Notes: a model not told the origin generated them from the sequence alone. DNA of 64,000 bases from Pirellulales bacterium (GCA_963733035.1 CAVTBU010000008.1:288001-352000), one strand, 5' to 3'; positions 20,019-30,682 are shown, counted from the stretch's first letter. Numbers and translations are program-made.

Positions 20019-22055
20019 ATGCGATTTCGCGCTGCTGGCCGTTGGGCTTCGCCGCATTTGGAGCGGCTTGAAGAACGGCGTCTGCTCACGGCCGTCGTCG
20101 GGCAGCAGATCTTCTATAACGACTCGAAGTTCGACGGCAACGACGGCGCGATCAATGCGGCCGACGACGGCGCAATCGCCGTCGACAAGACGCCGTTCCT
20201 CTCGCAGGTCCTGTTCAATGCCCAGCAGATGACCACCAATACCGACTACGACTCGAATCCGAGAGTCTACGGCGACAAGATCGTCTGGCAGGGACGCGGG
20301 GGCACCGATGCCGGCACGGATGATGAGATCTTCTACTACGACGGCGCCACGGTTCATCAGCTGACGGAAAACGCCGTGCCCGACCGCTTCCCGCAAATCT
20401 CCGCCCTGGGCATTTCCTGGGAGCGTGGCACCGGCACGAGCCAGGAAATCATCTACTGGAACGGCACCGAAACGCCGCTCACCAACAACACCGTTTTCGA
20501 CGGCAACGCCTCGCTATCCGACAACCGCTTGAGCTGGGAACACGACAGCGGCACGGCACTCGAAATCTGGAGTTGGGACGGCGTGAATCCGCCCGCGGAC
20601 ATCAGCAATAACTCCGTGGTCGACGTGCTCCCCAATACCGATGGCAACAACACGGTCTGGGTTACCGGCAGTGTGCCCAATCGCAAGGTGCTCAAGTTCG
20701 ACGGCACGACCATTTCAACCATCGGCACCAGCAACCTCAGCATCGAAGACCCGAAGATCGACGGCGCGGACGTCGCCTGGGAAAGTTTTAAAGGCACTAC
20801 CTCCAACGATCGTGAAATTTACTTCTACAACGGCACGACGGCTCAGCAGTTGACCACGAACAGCTTTCCGGACTTCGATCCGCAGGTTTCCGACGGGCAC
20901 GTTACCTGGTGGGGCGGGGTGTTCAATGACTTTCAGATCTACCTTTACGACGGCAACACGATTCGAGCGATTTCCACCGGCATTCGCAACCAGTATCCGC
21001 AAATCGACGGGCAATACGTAGTCTGGTACGGATACGACGGCCACGACAACGAAATCTACCTCTGGGATGGCATCAAGGTCACACAGCTCACCGACAACGA
21101 CCTGGACGATACCAACCCACAGATTTCCGGTAATCACATCGTCTGGCAAGGCCAGGTCGCCTACAACGGCACGACCCAAGAGATCTTCCACGCGTATATC
21201 GATCAGCCGCAGGCTTCACCCGCCAACGTGACGAGCTATTCGCGCGGCATCAACGGCATCATGATCGATCTGGCCGATCTGTCTGCCGAAACCGTGCTTA
21301 CGACCAGCGACTTTCGCTTCAAGGTCGGCAGCAACAACACTCCCGGAACCTGGACCGACGCGCCCGCGCCCGCCGCTATCTCGCTACGGCCCGGAGCAGG
21401 GGAGGGGGGCTCAGACCGACTGGAGATCGTGTGGGCAGATGGCGCAGTCACCAACACCTGGCTCCAGGTAACGGTCGAAGGCAACGACAATGCCGGCGGT
21501 TTCAATACGCACACCGGCCTGCCGGGCAGCGACATTTTCTATGTCGGCAACCGCCTCGGAGACACGTTTGAGGCCACGCCGCAGAATTATTTCGTCACCA
21601 ACGCCGTCGACGAGATCTCCGCCCGCATCCACCTGGCATTCAATCAACCAATCACGAACCTTCGAGATTTCGATCGCAACGGGCTGGTGAACGCTGGTGA
21701 CCAGATCATCGCCCGCACCAATGGCGGCTTCATGATCAAGCTCTATCTCGGTAGCGGCCCGCCCGCGGCTGGACCCGTGGCCGCCGCGCCGGCCGCCGTG
21801 ACCCTCAATGCCGATCCCGGCATGGCGTTTGCGCTGGCCGTGACGACAAAAATGCCCTCTCGAATCGAGCACTCGAACGCGGCGCAGGTCCAGATTCGCG
21901 CGGACAATTCCATCGCGCCCATCAACCGCGCACGACAAAACATCCATGGGTTGGAAGTTACGCATGCAGCCAGGCGTCAACAGGCGGCTCCTACGGAGTA
22001 TCCGGCTGTTGGCCTGGTCGACGAATTGCTCGACTTGCTGTCTGGCCGCCACTAG
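20019..22055 (+). CDS. Surface protein with TolB-like beta-propeller repeats nested in the shared module
   Basis: LERLEERRLLT; repeats such as QLTDNDLDDTNPQISGNHIVWQG; module motifs on both sides of the repeats. Confidence 0.85.
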   Translation: MRFRAAGRWASPHLERLEERRLLTAVVGQQIFYNDSKFDGNDGAINAADDGAIAVDKTPFLSQVLFNAQQMTTNTDYDSNPRVYGDKIVWQGRGGTDAGTDDEIFYYDGATVHQLTENAVPDRFPQISALGISWERGTGTSQEIIYWNGTETPLTNNTVFDGNASLSDNRLSWEHDSGTALEIWSWDGVNPPADISNNSVVDVLPNTDGNNTVWVTGSVPNRKVLKFDGTTISTIGTSNLSIEDPKIDGADVAWESFKGTTSNDREIYFYNGTTAQQLTTNSFPDFDPQVSDGHVTWWGGVFNDFQIYLYDGNTIRAISTGIRNQYPQIDGQYVVWYGYDGHDNEIYLWDGIKVTQLTDNDLDDTNPQISGNHIVWQGQVAYNGTTQEIFHAYIDQPQASPANVTSYSRGINGIMIDLADLSAETVLTTSDFRFKVGSNNTPGTWTDAPAPAAISLRPGAGEGGSDRLEIVWADGAVTNTWLQVTVEGNDNAGGFNTHTGLPGSDIFYVGNRLGDTFEATPQNYFVTNAVDEISARIHLAFNQPITNLRDFDRNGLVNAGDQIIARTNGGFMIKLYLGSGPPAAGPVAAAPAAVTLNADPGMAFALAVTTKMPSRIEHSNAAQVQIRADNSIAPINRARQNIHGLEVTHAARRQQAAPTEYPAVGLVDELLDLLSGRH

Positions 22056-22594
22056 CGGCGCACATGAATACCCGTGGCCGAGACCACGAGCACGCCGAGT
22101 TTGTCGACATGCCCCTTGCCGCGCACGACGACCACCTGATTTTTCTCGACTCCCAGTAGCTTCCGGGCGTCGATGGGCAGCACGTCCCCCTTTTTGTCGC
22201 GAAACTGAACCAGGGCCGTGGCGTTCGCCTTTTGGGCGCGGCGGCGGCAGAACGGACACGTCGCCGGGTCGTGTCCCGGCGTGCTGGCATGATCGGTTTC
22301 AGGCAATGCCTCGGAGAGCAGAAACGAGGCTTGCCCCTCGGCCCAGGGTTCGTACTCACCGGCGCCGATTCTTCCCACCACGACCACATCCTGATCCAAC
22401 GATTCTTCCGCAGTTTCCTCCGACGCTTCTTTTGGCGCCAGCGCATCGCGCGAGTCGGCAATCGACGATGCTCCGGCCGGCTCCTCGACGAGCATCAACT
22501 GCTTGCGCAGCGACGACACCTGGGAATCGGCCTGGCCGCATCCACTAACAATTGCCACTCCCAGCAGCAAAGAAACCCCGACCGTCAGTCGCAT
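22052..22594 (-). CDS. Lipoprotein with HDPATCPFC motif
   Basis: Lipobox VSGC; His/CxxC motif; beta-rich. Confidence 0.7.
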   Translation of the reverse strand: MRLTVGVSLLLGVAIVSGCGQADSQVSSLRKQLMLVEEPAGASSIADSRDALAPKEASEETAEESLDQDVVVVGRIGAGEYEPWAEGQASFLLSEALPETDHASTPGHDPATCPFCRRRAQKANATALVQFRDKKGDVLPIDARKLLGVEKNQVVVVRGKGHVDKLGVLVVSATGIHVRR

Positions 22595-22623
22595 GGCGCC
22601 ACTCTCGCATCAGGTGCAGTTGT

Positions 22624-23134
22624 CTATTCCTCTTTCCCTTCCGCGTGGTGGTGATCGGTGCGCTCGTGCAATCGTTCGATCGCGGCGTCGATCTTCTCGG
22701 AATACTCGTCATAGGTAACCTCCGCGTGGGCGTGAATCTGCTCATCGAGCTTGCCGAACAGATTGAACAAATCGTCGACGTCCTGCTTCACCGCTTCGCT
22801 GGCATCGGACGAGTGCGATTTTGCCAGCTCGGGGATCTGCTCCAGCACGTGGCCCAGGTCGTGAAGCGCTTCGTCGGCCTTGTCCTTGTCGCCGGCGGCC
22901 AGGCTGTCGCGAATCGTGTCGCGCAGACTCGACCATCTCAACCGCCTCGTCGTACGTCTCGGCTGCCTCGTGGTCGCCATGTTCGTGCTCGTGGTCATGC
23001 CCCGCATGCTCGTGGTCATGATCGTGCTCGTGATCATCGGCCGTCTCCGCGGTCTGGTCGACCGACGGCGCCTGGCTGCAGCCCAGGCAAAACACGAATA
23101 CGAGCACCCCTAGCGGCAGTAATTGGCGACCCAT
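22624..23134 (-). CDS. His-rich helical lipoprotein, frameshift near 22925
   Basis: CLGC lipobox and DDHEHDHDHEHAGHDHEHEHGDH (ORF 22742-23356) continue into LRDTIRDSLAAGDKDKADEALHDLGH (ORF 22624-23037). Confidence 0.7.
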
Positions 23135-23324
23135 CTTCAATTTCTCCCAAACGCAACCGTTTATTTTACGACAAATATTGCTCCGGAGCCGCCCCGTTTG
23201 CGCGAGCAACTCCCGATGTGGAAACCATATCCCCCCAGGTCGGTTTCGACCAGCCGAGTTTAACCGCGCGCGAGTCGACGCAGGTGCACAACGACCGCAA
23301 ATGCCCGGAAACGCCCGTTGAGAG

Positions 23325-25006
23325 CTAGTTTGCCGGTACGCCGGAAACGATCCCAATCAGCCGTAAGAATGGCGCAATAAAGTCCGGCCAGGCTCCCCAC
23401 AGCCCCGCCACCAGCAAGCCCAGAAACGAGACGATAAGCGCCACGTCCCACAGTGGCGAAGGCCGCAACCGCGGGTCAGTACGGCGGTAGCGAAAGTACA
23501 GTGCGCCGAAGCCCAACATCGGCAATAGCAGAGCCTGCATCGCCCCGGCCAGCAGGATGGCCCGAACCGGATTAATGCCGCTGGCGAACACTGCCAGGCA
23601 CACCACCGGCAACCCCACCGAGAATAGCATCACGGCCCGATCGTGGGCTCGCTGGGAATGCGGGCTGATGCCGCCCAACAGTTTCACGCAGTCGGCCCAC
23701 ATACGGGCGTTGCCAGCCGTCGCCACCAGGAACGTTGAATAAAGTACCGCCAACGCTCCAACCAAGAATAGCCATTTGGCATACTCGCCGAATACTGGCA
23801 CATAGGCCCGGGCCAGGGTGGTAACCATTCGCATGCCGTCGGGATCGAGTCCTTCGTTGTAGAGCACGGCCACGCCCATCATGAAAAACGCCAGCGTGGC
23901 CGTGGTGTAGACGAGCATCGAGCAAAAAGCGTCGTAATGCATCACGCGCAACCAGCCTCGGGCACGCACCGCCCACGCCGGATCGTCCGATCGCCGCCCC
24001 GTGAACTTCGCGTATCCTTTTTCCAGACACCAGTAGGGATAGGCGAACAGCTCGGTCGCCCCGACGCCGATGATGCCGAAAGTGGCCAGCGCCGTGGCCA
24101 TCGGATTGATCCCTTCACTTGCGTCAGGCAAACGAAATGACAGCCCGTCGAGCAATGCCTGACCGCTGATTCGCCACTGCTGGGTGCTCTGCAAGGCCGC
24201 GACGTTTCCCAACGTGATGAAAGTAAACAAGACCACCAGGCAAATCGAAAGGTTTTGGATCAAGCGATAACGCCCGCGATAGAGCAGGGACATGGTGAGC
24301 AGCGTGGCCACCGCGGCCCACAGTTTGTCGTCCCAAGTCCACGGATCGCGCAGCACTTCGCCTCCGCGCACGCGGGCGGCGAGATCGCCGTAGTTGGGCT
24401 CAAGCGTCTTCAACCGTTCGGTGAATAACTCCTGGCCATGCAGGATGCGCTCGCGTCGTGCCGCGTTGAGCTGGTTCAGCCGGACACGGTTTCCCTGCAG
24501 ATCGTCTTCCCATTGCAAGTACCGCTCCATTTCGCCCTGCGAGGGCGTTTCGACAGCGGCTAGATAATCTCCACGCAGCGGGATCGCGATTGCCGCCGCC
24601 TGGCCGACGCCACCCACAATGCCCCCCAATTGCCCGAAGCCGATGACCATCATCGCCAGCCAAAACCAGATGATCCAGTTTACGCGCCACCGTGGTCCCG
24701 GCACCTGGTCGAGTGCGGCCAGCGTCGTTTCGCCGTGGGTGATCGTGTAGCGGCCCAGTTCAATCTGCACAAACACCTTGATCACGCAGCCAATGATGAC
24801 CAGCCACAAGAGCAAGATACCTGCCTGCGCCCGGTCTTGGTCGTGGCGATCAATTCGCCCGAGCCAACGATGCTTCCGGCAATAATCAGTCCCGGCCCGA
24901 GCCGTCGCAGCACGCCCGCCAGCGTCGTGGGCGGCGCAACCACACCGACGTCGTCACGCGGGTCCTGTGACGGGGGAAGTGTGTCGTGATCGTCGATACT
25001 CGCCAT
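23325..25006 (-). CDS. Nramp-like divalent metal/solute transporter, frameshift near 24830
   Basis: [24 protein letters not shown] joins [22 protein letters not shown] if one G is added to a GGG run; many TM helices. Confidence 0.85.
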
Positions 25007-25862
25007 CCAAAACTCTCGCCTGCGAGAAACTCGCGCACCGCCCCGTGGCCGCGACGGTTGATCATAGCGGTCCGACGGAAGGGATACCACGATCGGATTT
25101 CAAGTGACCCAAATCCAATCGAACACCGCGTGTATTCGCGTCTGCTGCTCTCAGTAAGACCGCTTGCTATTTGGTACGACCGACAGCGTTTGCACGGAAC
25201 TTACACGTCCAGAGTCGACAATTCTCGCCTGGGAAACGCCGCGGTCGCTGGTGCGCTTTTTGCGCGTGGCATCACATGCGGCAATCTTCCTTACGAATCG
25301 GGCTGCTGGGCCGGATGGGCGATTTTCAAGCCCCAGCCTGCGGTTGGCCAACGGCGAGCGGTGTTCGGGGGGCAATCCAATGCGTTTTCACGAAAGAGCG
25401 CGAATGGCAATTCGCGCTACCAAAAAAGCCTGCCGGCCTCCCCACCCAGTACGTCGCGGCGTGCCAGGCTCGAAACCGCGAGTCGTGGGGGCGTTTTTGC
25501 TCGCATCGCACAAATCGCATGCGATGGAGGGCACACGGTGCGACGAGCCACGGTAGCGGCGCGAAACTGCACGCGCTCCGTCTCATTCCTACTTTTCCGC
25601 CACGCCCCTTCGTGAGAGGCGCACACAGAATCCCAGGACATATCCTAACTTTTCGGCTATATCTCGGAAAAATAATTGACGTCGCCGGGCACGGAAGGTC
25701 CAATTGAGATTCATGTGGTCCGGAATTCCCCTTCAATCCGTAGATTCCGAATCACCCAACCGCGTCTTATTCCAACGGTGTGCATACACTACAACCTGGC
25801 TAATCGCCCCTGGCGACCTCCCACATCCCTGGGCAGGCCCAGCCCCTTGGTAGGAGCTTCCT

Positions 25863-28800
25863 ATGAACCGAAAGACTCTGTTTGGTCGTGTTACTCGTTC
25901 GTTAACGGCGGAACGTCCCGAGTATGCTAGCGTGCGACTGGAGCCGCTCGAAGATCGCAAGATGCTGGTCGCGACGGTGTACGTGAATGACGACTGGACC
26001 GACATTGATAATCCGGGTGGACCGGTTCAAATCGGTGACTACGTCCAAAGCTCCATCGGCACCGATGGGGTCTCCGTCATCGCCGAGTACGGTTTCGACG
26101 CCTTCGGCACGGTCGAGGGGAGCACCCAACCAGGCGCTGCCACGATTTACGATGCCATTCAGGCCACGAGCACAGGCGGCACGCTGAATCTGTTGGGCGG
26201 CACCTACGCCGAGTCGGACATCGTCATCGATCGTCCCATGTCGTTCCTCGGCCAAGGCACCAGCGGCGCCACCGCCTCGGTGATCGTTCCGGAAGTGGTT
26301 TCGGCCGCTGTGCAAGAAAACTTCGGCGTCGGCACCCACTCGGGCATCATCATCTACTCGCCGACCGTCAACATTGCCAACGTCCGCGTCGACGGTGCCG
26401 GCAACGGTTCATTGGCCGGCAGCTACAACTTCCACCAGGGCATCACCACCCTCTACGACACGCAGAACGGTGGCGACTACAGTTCGCTGCATAACGGTCT
26501 ACTCCCCCTGATCCAACTGGGCCCGGCGGGGAGCGGCGAAGGTGGCGCACCGACCGCCTCGATTCCAGACATCTCGATCGACAGCGTCTCGGTCAACAAC
26601 GCCTACTGGCATGGTGTCACGATTTCGGCCCTGGCCGACTACGCGTTCAATCCGGGTGCTGATAACAACTACAACCTGCAGATCACGAATTCCGAAATCA
26701 ACGACATCGGTGACGTCAAAGACGTCAATCGCGTTGGCGTTCTACTGCAGAACTTGAACGACGCGTTAAACGGGTTTGCCAATGCCGCTTATGTCACGGC
26801 CACGAACACGGGCGTTGGTTTCCGGACTGCAGCCTATGGTTCAGCCCCGATTTTTGGACAAAACAATGTCGCCACCAACCAGTCGTACCTGCGGTTTGTG
26901 ACTGCCGTCGATCCGGTCGTCTATGGTATTGACGTCTCTTTTGAAAACCGCAGCGACGCCTACGGCTGGACCGTCACGCAAAGCGATCCCAACAACACTG
27001 CGGTCGGTGTTCACCTCAATTACTCCCGCTCACAACTGGTGGGTGCCGAGATTCATGGGACCAAGATTGGTGTCGAGGTCCAGAACGCCCCCGTGGCCCC
27101 GACCGGCACCGATGTGTTCTCTGGACTCGGTTGGGAAACGTCGATCACCGGTCCGGCCGGCGCCCCTGCCGGCTCGGTCGGCTGGCTCATCACCAGCGGC
27201 GCCGGCGATCAGTACGCCGTGGACACGACCATCAGCGCGGACGTCGCGATTTCTGGCTTCGATACCGGTGTCAAGATCGAGCAGCCCAACACGCCTGCCA
27301 GCGGCCGGCCGAACACGGTGATCTGGGGTAGCGGCGCTTACTCGAACGGGTCGGCCACGCCCCGGATATCCGGCAACAACACCGACATTGAGGTCGATAA
27401 CAATGGCATATTGAGTGGTGCCCCGAATGTCGCTGGCAACGTCGTGACTTCGGGCAATGGCACCATTGACCCGCGAATGTACAACTGGAAAACCCAAAAC
27501 CCCTACTTCTACGACGGCCCGGGCAACTCCGGGATTGGCAGTGCCGCCCCGGCAAATGCCGATGTGCAAAGCACCGGCAACGTCACCATGGGTAGCAGTT
27601 CGACTTTCTCGGCCCTGCTCACCAATAAGACGACCAGTGGGGACTTGTTCAACTTCAACAGTGCGGCAACCTACAACTTCAGCGCCCCGCCGGACAGTCC
27701 GGTCGATGGCGTGGTACCGCAGCCGTACGGGGCTCTGTTTGGCTGGTACCCACACATCACGCAGTCGGGCGACGGAGTGATGTCGGTCTCCAATGCCATC
27801 AACGGCTATGAGTACGAGTACATGTTCGGCACGAACAACACGCCAATCACCAGCGGTCCGAACGCCGGCAAGTACCAACTCGTCGGCACCGACATTTCCA
27901 ACATGTCGCACATCAACATGAAAGTCATGTTGCGGCCTGAAAATGTCAGCCACATGTTTGCCTTCGGTCTGATTGACTTCCGCGGCAACGCGAATGTCTG
28001 GACGGTCGACGCGACGCAGCTCAGCTCGACGACCTGGACGACGCTCACCTTTAACTTGTTGACGCCGACCATCGACCTGACCGGCCCCGATAGTCACCTC
28101 GACTTGACGAACGTCGCCGGCTGGCTGTTCGGTGGCGACCAGGGTCTGGCCAACGACATGCACACGGTGCCCGTTGGCTTCACCGTGGACGACATCAGCA
28201 CCTCGAGCGTGCCCAACAGCGAGCTCAACGTGACTGGTACCGTGACCTTGGGTGGAGCAGCGCTGAACGTCAATCCGCAGTTTTCGCCGACGGTGGGCCA
28301 GTCGTGGACCATCATCAACAACGATGGGGCCGATGCCGTCTCGGGTACGTTCTCCAGCGTTACGCCAGGCTACTCGGTGTCCTACACCGCGGGCGACGGG
28401 AACGACGTGGTGCTGACGTACACCGGCACTTCTGTGACACCCATGACTGTCGTGGGTCAGCAGATCTTCTACAACAACTCGAGCTACGACGCCAACACGC
28501 CCGCCATCAGCGCCTCGGACGACGCGGCGATCGCCACGGACAAGGCGGCCTTCAACGGCGTGGGAACCGCGCCAACCACGGCGTTTACCAGCTACAGCAA
28601 GGGTATCAATGGCATCATGATCGATGTCACCAATGAGCCCGGCAATTTGTCGCTGTCCGACTTCACCTTCAAGGTCGGCACCAACAACATGCCCAACCTC
28701 TGGGCGAACGCTCCGACTCCGACCGGTTTTTCGATCCGGCCGGGCGCGGGTGCCGGTGGTTCGGACCGGGTGGAAATCATCTGGGCCGATAGCGCCGTTG

Positions 28801-29417
28801 CCAACGAATGGCTGCAGGTGGTGGTCCGAGGAAACGACACGGTCGGTGGCAACTGGACCAATACGGGGTTGACCACCAGCGACGTGTTCTTCTACGGCAA
28901 CCGCATCGGCGACAACTTCACCGGCGAGCCGCCAACACTGGTCACCACCAACGCGGGCGACGAGATTTACGCTCGTAACAACACGGGCTTCTTATTGCCG
29001 GTCACCAACATCACGGACTTCAACAAGGACAAGTTCGTGAACGCGGCCGACCAGATTGTCGCCCGCAACAACGGCGGCTTTTTGACCCGCGTGATCAACT
29101 GGGTTCCACCGGCCGCTCCCGTAGCGTCGCCGTCGGTGGCCACCAGCAGCAGCGATGGGACTGGTTCGGCCGTGGCTTCGGCCCTGGCTATTCATGCCAC
29201 GCCCAGCCTGCCGAACGTACCGGGCTGGATCGCCTCGCGACTGGCCAGCGTGGACCTGAACAGCGGCCCGATCGCCACGGTGTTCACGCACCTGGCCGCG
29301 GCCGACACGCCTCGCACCCGGCAGCTTTTGCAGGCGGTCGATCAACTGGCCGATGATCTCGGTCTCGACGATTCCTTGCTGGATTCGCTGATCGGTGACG
29401 TCGACGAGACCGCCTGA
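25863..29417 (+). CDS. Large surface protein: beta-helix passenger-like region plus shared C-terminal module
   Basis: VRLEPLEDRKMLV; YVNDDW..TIYDAIQA..GGTYAE; LNVTGTVTLGG..SYTAGDGNDVVLT; FYNNS..DDAAIATDK..TSYSKGINGIMID..DFNKDKFVNAAD. Confidence 0.85.
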   Translation: MNRKTLFGRVTRSLTAERPEYASVRLEPLEDRKMLVATVYVNDDWTDIDNPGGPVQIGDYVQSSIGTDGVSVIAEYGFDAFGTVEGSTQPGAATIYDAIQATSTGGTLNLLGGTYAESDIVIDRPMSFLGQGTSGATASVIVPEVVSAAVQENFGVGTHSGIIIYSPTVNIANVRVDGAGNGSLAGSYNFHQGITTLYDTQNGGDYSSLHNGLLPLIQLGPAGSGEGGAPTASIPDISIDSVSVNNAYWHGVTISALADYAFNPGADNNYNLQITNSEINDIGDVKDVNRVGVLLQNLNDALNGFANAAYVTATNTGVGFRTAAYGSAPIFGQNNVATNQSYLRFVTAVDPVVYGIDVSFENRSDAYGWTVTQSDPNNTAVGVHLNYSRSQLVGAEIHGTKIGVEVQNAPVAPTGTDVFSGLGWETSITGPAGAPAGSVGWLITSGAGDQYAVDTTISADVAISGFDTGVKIEQPNTPASGRPNTVIWGSGAYSNGSATPRISGNNTDIEVDNNGILSGAPNVAGNVVTSGNGTIDPRMYNWKTQNPYFYDGPGNSGIGSAAPANADVQSTGNVTMGSSSTFSALLTNKTTSGDLFNFNSAATYNFSAPPDSPVDGVVPQPYGALFGWYPHITQSGDGVMSVSNAINGYEYEYMFGTNNTPITSGPNAGKYQLVGTDISNMSHINMKVMLRPENVSHMFAFGLIDFRGNANVWTVDATQLSSTTWTTLTFNLLTPTIDLTGPDSHLDLTNVAGWLFGGDQGLANDMHTVPVGFTVDDISTSSVPNSELNVTGTVTLGGAALNVNPQFSPTVGQSWTIINNDGADAVSGTFSSVTPGYSVSYTAGDGNDVVLTYTGTSVTPMTVVGQQIFYNNSSYDANTPAISASDDAAIATDKAAFNGVGTAPTTAFTSYSKGINGIMIDVTNEPGNLSLSDFTFKVGTNNMPNLWANAPTPTGFSIRPGAGAGGSDRVEIIWADSAVANEWLQVVVRGNDTVGGNWTNTGLTTSDVFFYGNRIGDNFTGEPPTLVTTNAGDEIYARNNTGFLLPVTNITDFNKDKFVNAADQIVARNNGGFLTRVINWVPPAAPVASPSVATSSSDGTGSAVASALAIHATPSLPNVPGWIASRLASVDLNSGPIATVFTHLAAADTPRTRQLLQAVDQLADDLGLDDSLLDSLIGDVDETA

Positions 29418-29432
29418 GGTTTGACAACGACC

Positions 29433-29466
29433 TGTTGGTCGCCCCCAATAACGGGGGCGACCAACA
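29433..29466 (+). terminator. Strong hairpin after the surface-protein gene
   Basis: TGTTGGTCGCCCCC-AATAAC-GGGGGCGACCAACA, 14-bp perfect stem. Confidence 0.65.
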
Positions 29467-29567
29467 ACAGTTTGAAAAATCTATCCCAGGCCGACGCTTG
29501 CGCATTGCAGAACGCATGAGGAGGCCCGCAACCGCCTGATTCTTCGACAGATGCGGGTGTTTCGATT

Positions 29568-29611
29568 AGTGGACAGGGGCGGGATCGAACCGCCGACACA
29601 CGGATTTTCAG
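29568..29611 (-). repeat. att site: duplicated 3' half of tRNA-Phe
   Basis: AGTGGACAGGGGCGGGATCGAACCGCCGACACACGGATTTTCAG, identical to 45486-45529; identity ends at the anticodon loop. Confidence 0.95.
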
Positions 29612-29773
29612 GACATCCTAGACAGTTGGTATTTGTCGAAGAATCGCGTATTTCTCGGGAAATACCCAACACTCGAAGTCGGTCGAACCGGATCGAAACC
29701 GGCTGACGGGTTGTCAGGTTGTCAGCTTTTGGGACGGATTTCTAATCCGTGTCCCATCAAACGGGCATCACAA

Positions 29774-30196
29774 CTATTGAAGCGAACTAGCAGCGTCCGC
29801 CAAAAACTTTTTCAGGCGGGCTTCCGTCAATGCGTCTTCTCGTGGCTTATCCAGATTCGGCGGGTACATTTTGACGCTCTCAGACGGAAGTATCGGCTGC
29901 CCGATCAACTCGCCTGGCAAAGAGCGATGACCAGCCTCAGAATGAGCATCGAGCGCGAATCTAGTGACCTTAATGCCACTGTGTTCGACCAAGGCACGAA
30001 AGTATGCGAGCGCAGGAATTACGTGGTTGAACCAATCCTCAGAGGGATGATCGTCGGTGCCCAGAATCGGGTATCGCCAACATGAACCCCCGATATGCTC
30101 CCAGCCAAACCGAAGAAACGCAACTTGAATGCGCGTTCGGTCGTTTGGGTCCTTCACACTAGCCGTCTCTAAATCAAATGAAAACGTGATTGGCAT
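29774..30196 (-). CDS. Hypothetical protein, possible VapD/Cas2-like ferredoxin fold
   Basis: ITFSFDL..RIQVAFLRFGWEHIGGSCWRY resembles the VapD pattern IAFDL..I...L..FGF...QGSxY. Confidence 0.45.
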   Translation of the reverse strand: MPITFSFDLETASVKDPNDRTRIQVAFLRFGWEHIGGSCWRYPILGTDDHPSEDWFNHVIPALAYFRALVEHSGIKVTRFALDAHSEAGHRSLPGELIGQPILPSESVKMYPPNLDKPREDALTEARLKKFLADAASSLQ

Positions 30197-30259
30197 TTGT
30201 GCGACCTGAAGGGGTTTGTGGTTCATCAATCAGAATGTCAAGGGGATAGCGCTTCAGAA

Positions 30260-30682
30260 TCACTTCTCCGCGTCCATGTTGACGGCGGTGTAGAAACCCA
30301 TCGGCTCTCGTTCGGGCAATCGTTTGAGCGCAACACACGATAGGTTTATTTGGCTGATATGCTGAATCAACCGTCTCGGATTTCCGTCAACATCGAAGCC
30401 ATCGAAGATGATAAGCACCGGACTTCGGTAGCCGATGGTTTGGACGTACATATTTACGCCACTGCCAGACACGAAGGCGGCGATACCTACATCCTTGTCT
30501 GGTGGCAGACTCTTGTGAAACTCGTTGAAGGCAGCCGCAACTTCATCGCACACGCCAGCAGCGTCTAACTTGTACTTGGCTTCCGCGATTGCTGCATTGA
30601 CTTTGCCTTGAGCCAATAAACTGTTGTACGAGTCGCGGGCAATTGCATCGGTCATTGATTTGAGCCGGTCAAACGCACTCAT
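30260..30682 (-). CDS. DUF6173-like protein
   Basis: FHKSLPPDKDVG..YVQTIGYRSPVLIIFDG..DGNPRRLIQHISQINL..REPMGF matches my recollection of this family. Confidence 0.65.
   Translation of the reverse strand: MSAFDRLKSMTDAIARDSYNSLLAQGKVNAAIAEAKYKLDAAGVCDEVAAAFNEFHKSLPPDKDVGIAAFVSGSGVNMYVQTIGYRSPVLIIFDGFDVDGNPRRLIQHISQINLSCVALKRLPEREPMGFYTAVNMDAEK

Noticed and set aside
3057..25006. Programmed frameshifting or phase variation in host genes
   Set aside because: Runs are short, sites are heterogeneous and the same defect recurs window-wide; only the IS3 site has a canonical slippery motif
25090..25862. ORFs between the Nramp gene and the surface-protein gene
   Set aside because: Overlapping Arg/Ala-rich frames without motifs; likely a divergent promoter region
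29568..29611. Second tRNA-Phe gene
   Set aside because: Only the 3' half is present, with no D-arm or 5' acceptor strand; it is the att duplication
29774..30196. CRISPR-Cas cas2
   Set aside because: No cas1 or array in the window; the similarity is only fold-level and tentative
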